Below, piece by piece: positions 1 to 11,400 of a stretch of 64,000 nt of DNA. The stretch comes from Geosiphon pyriformis uo1 (taxonomy: Eukaryota; Fungi; Glomeromycota). Each line of letters starts with the position of its first letter. The stretch's first letter is position 1. Under the pieces are notes generated by a model. It saw only the letters and a program-made list of their open reading frames with translations, was not told the origin of the DNA and ran no database searches. The stretch is from assembly GCA_016748015.1 (NCBI GenBank), contig JAAOMT010000134.1:316757-380756 (forward strand), in the 5' to 3' direction. The translations under genes were made by a program, and so were the position numbers.

Positions 1-1225
1 AATTTATTTTTTATTTTTTATTTTATTTCTCTTTAGTTATTTTTTCCAACTCATCTCTTTTTATTGTAATAAAACTAATGGGCTCTTCTGCTAATAGTTC
101 TGGTTTGAATTCAACTGGTTTAAAAACTTGCTCAAATATTAAGTAAAAGCATGTGAAGAATATATACTTTTATAGTATGTTTTATAAAAAGCCAAAAAAG
201 CTTAATATAAGTATCAATATAATTAACTCATTTGTTAATCTTTTAAGTCTTAAAGATATAAGTGTCTTTGATGATAAATCTATAGTGTCTTGGAAAAATA
301 AAGTTAGTAGTAAAACCAGTAATATTAGCAGTTTATCAGATATGAAAAATATAAAGAACATGGTTGCCAAAGAAACTAGCTATATAAATTTAGATACTTT
401 AGTAATCAATAATAATATAGACAATACCATGCTATAAAAAATTTACACTTAAACATATATGTTGAATTAACTGCCAAAAACCTCTTTATTTGTAGATTTA
501 AACAATAATAAAAACATCTTAATACTTTTGTTATCTAAGTTTAATAGCTTTAAGCAACTTTTATTGATCAGATTACATGTTTCAGAAAAATGAAATTTCA
601 ATTTGGCAAAGTCATTCACATTGAATATTAAGTTGTCTGCTGTGTTTAGTAAACTAATAATAATAAATTAATTACAGTAAAAAATTTTTTTATTGTATTG
701 ATGGTTTTGGAGAAACATCTATTCCTTCAAAATTTCTAAGGATTATCAGATTATTTTTTATGTTAGAATTGAATTTGTATAAAACAAAAAAATTGGCAAT
801 TTGTAAAAAAATTATAATGAATAATAATATAAAGAAAATAAATAGTTGTACAGATTAAAAAATAATTGTCAAAAAGATTTCAGTAGATCTTTTCAAATTA
901 GCTATAGAATTAGTGTTTTCTAAATTTGGCAAAATTGTGTTAATTAAGATGCAATCTATTGGTTTTTGACAAAAAGCTCTAGTAAAATTTGAATTAGCTG
1001 AAATTGTCAATTTGGTTACAGCCAAGTGATTTGTTTTTATAAGAAAAAATTCTGTTTGTGTAACAAAGACTGTTAATAATAAACAAACATAAGTTTTTAG
1101 AGATTAACATTAGGCTTTATTGTTTACTTTGTTAGTTGACATTACTGCTTATAATCTTTCTAATTTTTTGGTTTCATATAAAGAGTAAATTTGTTTTATT
1201 AGTCACAACTTAAGTTTATATATAT
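1..1225 (+). mobile_element. 5' fragment of a degenerate non-LTR retrotransposon (LINE): T-rich leader plus ORF1-like pseudogene
   Basis: A stop-riddled frame from ~68 (MGSSANSSG..., YKKPKK) includes an RRM-like segment IIVKKISVDL..VFSKFGKIV..QKALVKFE at ~862-1000. It is cut at 1225 by the LTR of A, and LINE 3' sequence resumes at 51023. The ORF1 assignment is inferred from the RRM-like motif and context. Confidence 0.6.
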
Positions 1226-2193
1226 TGTTACTTATAGAAAAGAGTACAAAAAAAATAGTAGAAAAAACAGATAAGAAAAATAGACCAATAAAAAAATAGT
1301 ATTAAATACAGAAGCACATTGCTGGTAAATTATGACACATTGTTCAGCAATATAAGCAATATCAATAAATTATGACATATTGCTTAGCAATATGAACAAT
1401 ATTAGTAGATTAGAGCATATTGTTCAACAATGTGAACATTGCTCAAGAAATTATAATACATTGTTCATAAATGTGTAAAATTTTGTAAAACATTAATTAT
1501 GTATATATAGTAAAAGTATTAGAAGCAAAAAAGACAGAATTCACAATTAGAACACACAGTTAAAATCTTCAGTTAAGAAACACAGTTAAAAACAGTTCAA
1601 AATCCACATTACATATTAATAAATTATTAATTACTACTTGAATTTATGTTATTATTGCTTGATTAAAAAATATTAAATTATCTCCATTCTATCAATACTC
1701 TATATTAATAGAATTCAATACTTAATCATACTAAAACAATAGCTTTTAATTATGACTATTAACAGAATACTAATTTCTTCTTTTATTTTATTTTTTGTTA
1801 TTTTATTTTTTATTTTTTTATTTTTGTTTTACTAACTGATTAAAAAGATTAACATGTAGGATATTAACATTAGAATATAGCACTAGTAAAAGACCCAGAA
1901 ATAAAGATAAACACTTGAAATTAAGGATAGCTTACCAGAAAATATTAACCACCAAGCTGAGAAAAAAATTAATAAAATATAAATATTTCAGAAAGTAATG
2001 AACAACAAAGTACACCAATTTGAGAGTTGAAAAAACACTAGAAACATCACCAAAGAATATTAATATTGAATCTTTGTCTATTATACAAAGAACTTAACCA
2101 AAATTTTCAAATATTACCAATACTATTTAGCTATTAAACACCAAGTTACAGGTTTGTTATTTGTTTTCAGACCCCAAATAATTACCTGTAACA
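1226..2193 (+). repeat. 5' LTR of element A
   Basis: Starts TGTTAC, ends TGTAACA, and is followed by TT + PBS. Homologous to 50025-51022. Confidence 0.9.
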
Positions 2194-2195
2194 TT

Positions 2196-2212
2196 TGGTG
2201 CTCTCTGTGAGG
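2196..2212 (+). promoter_or_regulatory. Primer binding site of A (TGGTGCTCTCTGTGAGG)
   Basis: The TGG start is complementary to tRNA CCA. Near-identical in B, C, D, E and F. Resembles the 3' ends of elongator tRNA-Met or tRNA-Ile(UAU); the primer identity is not resolved. Confidence 0.85.
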
Positions 2213-2257
2213 TATAATTTAACAAAAAACCAGTACCAACAACAATTATCTAAAAAA

Positions 2258-3159
2258 GTGATAGACCAAAAAGTATAGAAAAAAACCATTTAAGATTCAT
2301 AAAATCTTTATTTTAGCATTATAAAAATTATCTTAAATTAACAAATAACTATTGGCCAGCAGAATCAGTTTTCAATTTCTATGTTAACAAAAAAATCAAA
2401 TCATACTTGGGAGCCAAAGAAGATTTAGAAACCACTCTCAACAACTTTAACAGTAAATTATTTCAAAGTACCACACTTTCTCCAAACTATCTGTTTGTAT
2501 CAATAATCATAAAAATAAATAAAAAAAATTAGAAATTACATACAACAGAAATTTTTTATTATCATTGCAGACAAAAAAAACTACAAATCCCAGCAAAAAC
2601 ACTAAAAAGAATACAACTACCTACTTGGAAGAAACCAAAAGTTGTTTTATTTATTCACTTATTATACTATTATACATTAGGAAGTACCATCAACATAATA
2701 TTAGCAGACACATTTACATTAATTATAAAAACACCATCAGCAAGAATCACATTTCAAAGCCAACAAAAAAAAGCTGATTTATTGGAAACTTACAATAATT
2801 ACTTTAAAGAATTTAAATTGTGATTATTAACACTATCAAAATTTTAATTACCACCATTTCAACCCAACTTCAAAACCACTAATTTTTGGAAAATAACTGA
2901 CTCTAAAAAAGAAGAAAATAAGAATCAGAAATTTAATTATCAAAACCTAATCATAAAAACCTGGAAATTCAAACTCTAATTGTTTTAACTTAACAAAACC
3001 TGAACAATCCAAACCCAGCTTCTATTGTTTTCCAAAACTTACCTTCAATAATTGTGATCAATTCACCATTAGTTATCCTGATTGTTAAACAACAACAATA
3101 GCCACAACAACCACTTCAACCACAATTACTACAACAACTATTACCAATGGTATATATAC
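2258..3159 (+). pseudogene. gag: A gag N-terminal region (interrupted by B)
   Basis: WPAESVFNFYVN motif shared with C/D/E/F. The Gln/Pro tract ends in decayed MAYAP at the B junction. Confidence 0.8.
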
Positions 3160-3850
3160 TGTTATGAGTTAAAGTAACAAGCTAACAGATAGCAAAAGAG
3201 AACAGAATTGTAGAGTAATAAAAGGAATCAAAGGGAATTTAACTTCAAAGAGTGAATTGAATAGGTATAAATTCAATGTGTGAGATCAGTTTCATAAAAT
3301 ATTTCAGTCACTGTACTTTTCAAAAGATAACCGGGAAATCTGAAGGTAGAGAAATAGTTCATACTGTTAACAAATGATTATGTCTAATATAATTTTATGC
3401 CTTATGTTGGTGTACTTAGAATTCAATATTAGGTATCAGATGTACTTTTCAGTTACGTTTTATTCAATAATCTTCAAATGTTGCAATTACACGTTTTAAA
3501 AAAAGGGTAAGGAATAACCAACAAGTAATTTTTTATTCCAAGATGTTCAGATACTTAAAAATAGAAAAAGAAAAATTAGTAATAAGAAAATAATTGAGAT
3601 AAAAGTTGTTATTTTATTAATTTTCTTTTTTTAATTCTTACATACTTTTTTATAGCTAGAAGATTTATTGCTTATATAGCTATTAAAAATGGTCAATGAT
3701 CAGATCAATGATCAGGTTAATAATCAAGTCAACAGTTAGATTATTGATCAGGTCAATGATCACTTTCTAAAAATAGAGTGGCTAATTTATATGACATCAA
3801 TGGCTAATACATGTGATAATTAATAGAAAGTATAAGTTTCAACCATAACA
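3160..3850 (-). repeat. 3' LTR of B
   Basis: TGTTATG..CATAACA, 691 bp; direct repeat of 21027-21717; preceded on the - strand by GGAAAGGATGA. Confidence 0.92.
3691..3762. repeat. 6 x 12-bp tandem array (GGTCAATGATCA) in U3 of the B LTR, upstream of a TATA-like CTATATAAG on the - strand
   Basis: Read directly from the sequence; second copy at ~21558-21629. Confidence 0.8.
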
Positions 3851-3869
3851 TCATCCTTTCCAAAGAGAT

Positions 3870-4476
3870 TAAGCTCCAGCAAAATCAAGTTATTTATGGA
3901 GTAATCTATTTGAAGAGTTTTATTTAACTCAAAGCTAACTAGTTTGTTGAAGTTTTTTGTGGATAAGATATATAACACTTAAAGTGAAATGAGTTTTGTA
4001 TTTAAGAAACCAAATCTTTGTATTAGAGTTTTGGCTTTTTTAGCAATAGTTAAAACTCTTGGGACATCTAACTATATAATGTCCAAAATTTCTGCCTGTA
4101 TTTCTAAAGTTGTTTTCTTTTTGAGTTTTATATTCTTTATGATTTTACCAAGGTGACCATAGAATTCTAATTGTCTTTCATATGACAAGTTTTTGTCTAT
4201 GGATAAGATTTTTTGGAGTGTTTTTCCAATTGTGTTAGAAGGTGGGAGTATAGCTGCTGTTATACTTTCCAACAGATATTTATCTATTTTACTACCAATT
4301 TTTTTTCTTCTGGTAGTAGTTTTCTTTGGTCTAATAACAGTATGTGTTTCACTATTATCAGTTATAGTGGTTTGTTTTCCAATGGTCAAAGTAGCATTTG
4401 GATAGTTTTTGATCTAATACTCATGAAGAGTATAGAAGACATTTTGAATGTTTTGATCCAGAAAATAATTGTTCAT
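3870..4476 (-). pseudogene. B extra 3' ORF (ORF3-like, ~200 codons, unknown function)
   Basis: ATG at 4476 (MNNYFLDQNIQ...) is in frame with track ORF 4072..4389 and continues past single stops towards the PPT. Confidence 0.6.
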
Positions 4477-4516
4477 ATTGATTGAAGATACCTCTGTTTT
4501 GCAAATAATGCATTTA

Positions 4517-7019
4517 TTTATACTTGATTTTTGCTGATCAATTGAGTTAGTATTATCACAACAGACAGCCAATCAAGTCGTTTATAATATTTCTTGAGTT
4601 ATATATCATAAACAAAACAATTATTGAAGATTGTTCCAGATTGATCTTGAAAAATATAAAAACCATTGTTCAAAACTTTGTTGACTAAAAAGGGTCTTTT
4701 CCACCAGCTAAAAAATTTATTACTATAGATATTGTCTCTGTCTAAATAGTATTCCAATACCAAGTTACCAATACTTAAAAAAAGTGTTTTATAGGTTTTC
4801 TTTCTTTTAAGCTTTTCTTAGAATTGTTTTATTTTTTCAAAAGCAATTATTCATGCTTTTATTAAGGAGTCAAGAATAGTACTAAGTCTTCTTTGCAAAA
4901 TGTCTTTGTAATTTCCTATTGTGATTTCTTTAAAGGGTATTGTTTCAATGTTAGTTTCTATTGGTAGTGTTGCCATGCATCCATAGAACAGATAGAAAAG
5001 TTCATAACTTGTTATGTCATGATTTACAGTTCTATAAACAAACAAAGCTGAAAGCAGTACTTTGTCTCATAAGTTTGTTTCTTCACTGGTTTTGACTAGG
5101 GTTTTACATAATGTTCTATTGAAATGTTCTATTAGGTCATTTGTTTGAAAATGGTAAAAAGAAGAAAGTTTGTGATGTATTCCTATTTTCTTGTAAAGTT
5201 TTTCAACCAGTGTACTGAGAAAAGTTCTTCTTCTATTAGATAAAATTTCTTTGGGGCAGTCATAATGACAAATAATATTTTTATAAATGAAATTGGCTAT
5301 TGAGACTGCTGTTTGATCTGGGGTGGCTCTTGCTTCTACCCACTTTATAAGATAGTTGGTAGCTGTGATAATGTATCTGTTGTCATTAAGAGTTATTATT
5401 AAAAGTTCAACAACATCTATACCAATTCTGTCAAATGGTTGACCAACAAAGATTGGATAGATATCTTCTTTACAATTGGGTTTGCCTTTTCTTTGGCAGA
5501 TGTTACAGATTTTGATGTATTCAACAATGTCCTTTTCCAAGGTAGGCCAATAATAGCAAGTTAAGGTTTTCTGAATTGTTTTTGTTTTTCTAAAGTGTCC
5601 AGCTAATGAGTCATTGTGCATATTATATATTACAATTTCTCTTTCTTCAAATCTAATGACTCTCTGAAGGCGGTCAGAATTTTTTCTATTTCTTTTATAT
5701 AATTGGTTCTGGTGAATCAAATAAAAATTTGATTGTTTGTGCAAATGTTTTTTTTGCTGTTGAGTGTATTCTAGTGGGTATTGTCCTTTATCCAAAAATT
5801 TTATTAAGGCAGAGTAGTTGTTCAAGTCTATTATTGTGTTTGTTTGTGAAGTAGTTACTAATAATTAAGTTGGTTTGGTTTGAGAGGTTTGTACTGTTAT
5901 TAGATGGTAAGTCTAGAGAGAGTATTGGCATTTTAATAATTTGCTTCTTTGTGATGTTGTATATCATAGTCGAATTCATTCAAGTGGAGTATCCAGCAAG
6001 TTATTTGTTTGTGTTCTAGATTCTTTTTATTGTGCAGCCAAACCAAGGCTTGATGATCTGTTATCACTAAGAATTTTGCACCAAAAAAATATTGATCTCA
6101 GTAACTAGTAGCCCAAACTACTGCTAAACATTCTTGTTTAGTAATTGAATAGTTTTTTCTGCTGGTGTGAGGGATCTACTGGCATATGCTATGATATGTT
6201 CTCTGCCATTTTCATTTTTCTGTGAAAGAACAGCACCAAGTCTATAACCAGATGCATTAGTGTGGAGAATGAAAGGTTGGTCCAGATTAGGTTGCTTAAG
6301 AATTGGTTCAGTAACAAGTTTTTTCTTTAGAATTTCAAAAGCTTTTTGTTGATGAGTGCTCCAGTAATAATTGACATTTTTTCTGAGTAGCTGATTGAGA
6401 GGAAAGACAATTTTGGAGAAATTTTTGATAAATTTGTGATAGTAAAAGGCCAAACCAAGAAAAGAGCATAGTTTAGAAACATTTATTGGTTGTCTAATGT
6501 TCTGAACTTTTTCAACTTTAGCTGGGTCAGAAAAAATTCCATCTTTTGTAATAAAATGCCCAAGAAACTGGGTAGATTGGCATCCAAAGAAAGATTTGAT
6601 TGGATTGATCTTAAGGCCAGCATTTTTGAGCAGATCAAAAACCTTCTGTAAATGTTTAAGATGTTCATCTCAGGTTTTTGAATATACTATTATGTCATCC
6701 AAGTAAACCAGAACAAAGTTTTCTTTTACTGATTCAAACACTTTATCCATTAGACATTAAAAGATGGGAGGAACATTGATGAGACCAAAAAGCATGACTG
6801 TAAATTCATAAGTGCCATATTTGGTAATGAATGCAGTTTTTTTTCTGCTTTCTAGATCCATCTCTACTTGCCAGAATCCAGCAGTTAAGTCAATAGTTGA
6901 GAAGAAAGCAGCATCATTGAATTTATCTAGCATTACATCAATTTTGGGAAGTAGGTACATGTTTCTTATAGTGATAACATTTAGTTGGTAGTAGTCAACA
7001 CAAAAGCATAGGGTTCTAC
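4517..7019 (-). pseudogene. pol: B pol 3' part: RT, RNase H, integrase with GPY/F-like tail
   Basis: FCVDY, YLDD (~6700), HTNASG..LGAVLSQ, H..GH..YYWP..CNICQ, IGIDVV, WKRPF. Confidence 0.9.
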
Positions 7020-7814
7020 TGTTACAGATAATTATTTGGGGTTTTAAAGCAAATAACAAATCCATAACTTGGTGCTTGATTGGTACTCTGGCATAGATAT
7101 CTAAAAGTTTTATTGATCTGAAGGTTTGTTGTAAAGTTCTTTGTATAATGAACAAAGATTTAACAATTGTTTTCAGTAGCCTCCCAGAATCACAATTCTG
7201 TCAAATTTTTTTCTTAGCATGGTGGCCGGTAATTCTCCTGGTAAGCTATCCTCAAATCTATGAGTGTTCTACCTTTGTTTTATGGGTTTTTTACCAGTCA
7301 CTATGATGTTTGTATCTCAGCACTTAATTCTTAATCAATTTAGTAAAATCACAGAAATAACAAAAAAAATAAAATAAAAAAAGATAAAGAAATAACAAAA
7401 GCAATTGCAAGTTGGTATCCTGTCAATAGCTGTGATCAAAAGCTATTGTTCCAATGTGGTTAAGTATCAATTACTATCAACATGAAGTGTTAATAGAGGG
7501 AGTGGATTTGAGATAGAGAATAATTATTTATTGATATTTATGGATGGAAAGATTGCTTAGATAAAATCTAAACTCAGAGATCTGTCTTTTTTACTTCTAA
7601 TGCTACTACTATATATACATAATTTGGGTTCTACAAGATTGCTCACATTCTCGAGCAATGTGCTATAATTTCTCAAGCAATGCTCATATTGCTGAGCAAT
7701 GTATCATATTTTCTTGACATTGCTCCACATTGCTGAACAATGTGTTCATGTGTTAATTACTACTTTCTTATTGGCCTACTATTTTCTATATCTGTTTTCT
7801 TTTTATGAGTAATA
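7020..7814 (-). repeat. 3' LTR of C
   Basis: Direct repeat of 16192-16884; adjacent PPT AAAAGAAAGAGATAA on the - strand. Confidence 0.9.
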
Positions 7815-7827
7815 TTATCTCTTTCTT

Positions 7828-8463
7828 TTAATATTGAGCTCCATTAAAATCTTCATTTTGAATTAATTCTAGTACTTCTTTTTCAAGTATTGTTTGTTCA
7901 ATTCTGTTTCTCACATTTTCTACCTGTGTATTGTTCATTTTTCCCCATTGGTTAATGGTTATAGTTTCCATATCAGAGTATAATAGTATTTTTAGATAGT
8001 TCTGAAATATGTTGTGTAATCAGTACATTGTTTTAACATGTAGTGTTAAATTTGTTTTCTTTCCAATAAATTCTTCAATTTGCTGTATTATGTTTTGGTT
8101 GAATATTCTCTTGGATTTGTCAATATACAACTCTTGAATATTCAACTTTTGACCTAACTGGTAGTAGCAATATGATATTGGAAGTTGTTCTGTCCATTGC
8201 TTCCAATTTTTTTTTGTAAGCTCTTCTGCTGATGCCATATTAGGTATTTTCTCAAAAGTGTTTTTTACTTTTTCTATTAAGTTATCTGTCCAGTTTTTAT
8301 TGTTTTTTGGTGGCCGCTAATATGGTGTATTCTTTGTCTTTCTTTGAGTGTTTTAATAGCAAATTATTTGATTGTTAATAACAATTTCCATGTCTAACTG
8401 TTATTGACTTAAGGCCTGGAATAATTGTTGAGCTATAGTGTAAATATGATCTGATATTTCCAT
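7828..8463 (-). pseudogene. C ORF3 (212 codons, unknown function)
   Basis: ATG in AAAATGG context, MEISDHIYTIAQQLFQ...DFNGAQY*; the stop abuts the PPT. Confidence 0.8.
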
Positions 8464-8499
8464 TTTTCTTGGTTGCTTTTGTCACATGTACTGTGTCTT

Positions 8500-11400
8500 T
8501 ATATACTTTTGGTTGTTCAATTTGACATGTTTGGTTTAATAACTATGATTGGTTCCAGATCTCATGAAATCTCATCTGATTAAACTAGTATTCTTTATAC
8601 TCCCAGTTGTGAAATATTATTGGTGGATGATAATGCTATTTGGTAATATGGTTTCAATCGATCATCATGTGCTGCTTTGGCTAAGATTTTGTTGTCCCAT
8701 CTTAATTTATAAGCTCCATTTCCTAAAATTTTTTTTATGTGAAATAATCTGTCTCATTTGGTGTCAAATTTTCCACTCCATTGTTTTTTTGCTTTGGTAT
8801 AATGTAATAGTACTTTGTCTCTAATCTTGAATTCAACTGGTTTATCTGGTAATTGGTTATTGTGTCATTTTTTTTGCTTTTCTTGTGACTTTTGGATGTT
8901 ATCAGCTGCTTTTTGTTGTCTGTTTTCTAGTGTTTCTATTAAGTTATATGTTCTTTTCAACAATGTTTCTTGAAAATTATCTTCTGTTATTGATTCAGTT
9001 GAATATGTATTGATCTCTATCTCAACTAGTAATGTTGTTGTTTTACCATATACCAATTCAAATGGTATTGCTTGTGTGGTATCTTGTTTTATTGTCCAAT
9101 AAGCAAATAATACTGATGGTATAAACAAATTCCATTCGTCCTGGTTTTTTTGGCTAATTTTGGCTATTGCTTCACACAGTGTTCTGTTGAATTTTTTAAC
9201 TAACTCATTTGTTTATAAATGATATGGTAATGACAATGGCTTTTTAATTCCAAATCTTTGACTTAATTCTGTCAATGTTCTGTTTACAAAGTGAGTTCCT
9301 TGATCTGATAATAATTTTTTTGGACATTTATGTTAACAGATCAGATCTTGATGAACGAATTTGGCAACAAATTCTGCATCTGCTCTTTGAATAGCTTTTG
9401 CTTTTGGCCATTTAGTGAGATAGTTTATGGCTACTGCAATATATTTGTTGCTTCTGCTGGTGATTGTTAATGGTCCAACTAAGTCAATTCTAATTCGATC
9501 AAATGGTTATTCCACTTTGATTGGTCTCAATGGTTTACTGGGTTTTGTTCTTCCTCTTCTCTGACAAGCATCACAATTTTGAACATATTGAATAATGTCT
9601 GAATACATTGAAGGCCAATAGTATCTTTTTCTAGTTCTTTTCATGGTTGCTTTTTTATGAAAATGTTCTGCTGTTGGATTTGAGTGCATATTGAATAATA
9701 TTGTCTCTTTCTCTGGTTTTGTAATTACTCTTGTTGACTGGTCTGGATTTCTTCTGTTTTTCTGGTACAGTATATTTTGATGATTGATAAAATATTTTGA
9801 TTGTTGTTTTATGTTGTTTTGTTCTTTTTGAAATAATTTCTCCTTAAACAATTGGATATTTATATAATGATGAAGTTGTTAGTATTTTTGTATATTCATC
9901 TTTTGTTATATTTTTGGGTTGAAGTGTTTTTAGATTTGTCTCATTTGCAACAAACTATTAGCATTTCCATTGTCTTTTCCTTTTTTATAATGTACTGTAT
10001 AATTGAATGGTGAAAGTTCTATTTTCTATTTGTTATGGTGGTTATCTCCGAATTCTTGCTTCTGGATTAAAGTCAATCTTTTGTGATTCATGTATATTTC
10101 AAACTTTTGGTTTAAGTATTCTTTCCCTTTTATGACTGCCCAATAAATTGCTAAGTGTTTTAATGCTGGTGTTCCATAGTTTTTTTCAGCTGGACTTAAG
10201 CTTCTACTGGTGTAAGCTACTGGATGTTCTCTTCCATCTGGTTCTTTCTGTGATAGTACTGCTTTTAATGCTTGACCTGATGCATCAGTAGTGATGATGA
10301 ATGGCTTGCTATGATCTGAATAGATTAGTACTAGAGCTTGAATAAGCTTTCTTCTTAAGGTATCAAAAGCTTCTTGCTGGGTTTCTGTCCATTCATACTT
10401 GGTGTTCTTTGTTTAAAGCTGGTGCAATGGTTGAGCTATTTTGGAAAAGTCTTTGATAAAGTGGTGGTAGTATCTGGCAAATCCCAAGAATGTTCTCAAT
10501 TCTGTGAGATTATTTGGTACTGGAAAGTTTTTAACAGTCTCTATCTTATCTGGATCTGTTTTGATACTGTCTTTGCTCACAACATGTCCCAAAAATTTGA
10601 GTTCAGTTTTTTCAAAGAAGCATTTAGTGGCATTTAGCTTTAATCTAGCTCTTTTTAATTTTTTGAATACTTGTTGTAGATGATGCAGATAATCATCAAA
10701 TGTTTTTAAGAACACATTGGTGTCATCCAAGTATACGTCTACTGATTTCCATAGTAATTTAGTATAGACAATTTCCATAAGCCATTGAAATGTTGCTGAA
10801 ATGTTCATTAAGCCAAATAGCATGACTTCAAACTCAAAATTTCCCTCTCTTGTGGTAAATGCTGTTTTCTTTTTGTTAGCTAAATTCATGGCTACTTGCC
10901 AATAACCACTATTTAAATCCAGTGTTGAAAACCATTTATTTCCTTCAAAAGTGTTAAATAGTTCTTGGATCTTTGGAGTTGGATAACTATTACTTTTAGT
11001 TACTCTATTCAGTTTTCGATAATCTACACAAAAACGGATTTTTCCATTTTTCTTCCAGACTAGTACTACTGGTAATGACCATAAACTCATTGATGGCTGA
11101 ATTAGTCTATTGTCAAATATCCAATTGATTTCCTGATGGATAATCTCGTGGCTAGCTGGTGGTTCTCTATATGCTCTTTGTTTTATTGGCATTGTATCTC
11201 CAGTTTTGATCTGGTGCTGGATTATGTTAGTTCTGCCAAATTTATTTTTACTGGCAAAGATGTTATTGAAATTGTTGAATAACATCTTAAGTTGCATCTG
11301 TTAAAGTGGGTCTAAATTTCCCAAATTCATCTGTTCCAATTGTTCTGGTTGGAACAGATAACATTTGTTTTGTCCATAAATGGTTTGTAATATAATATCC

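Noticed and set aside
4193-4485. Hydrophobic + strand ORFs resembling membrane or Env proteins (also 13184-13480, 22349-22615, 60650-60904)
   Set aside because: They are antisense shadows of A-rich coding or repeat strands and are not conserved between copies.
6757-7155. Track ORF as one 132-aa protein (likewise 19713-20144 and 56391-56876 ends)
   Set aside because: Chimeric read-through across LTR insertion junctions.
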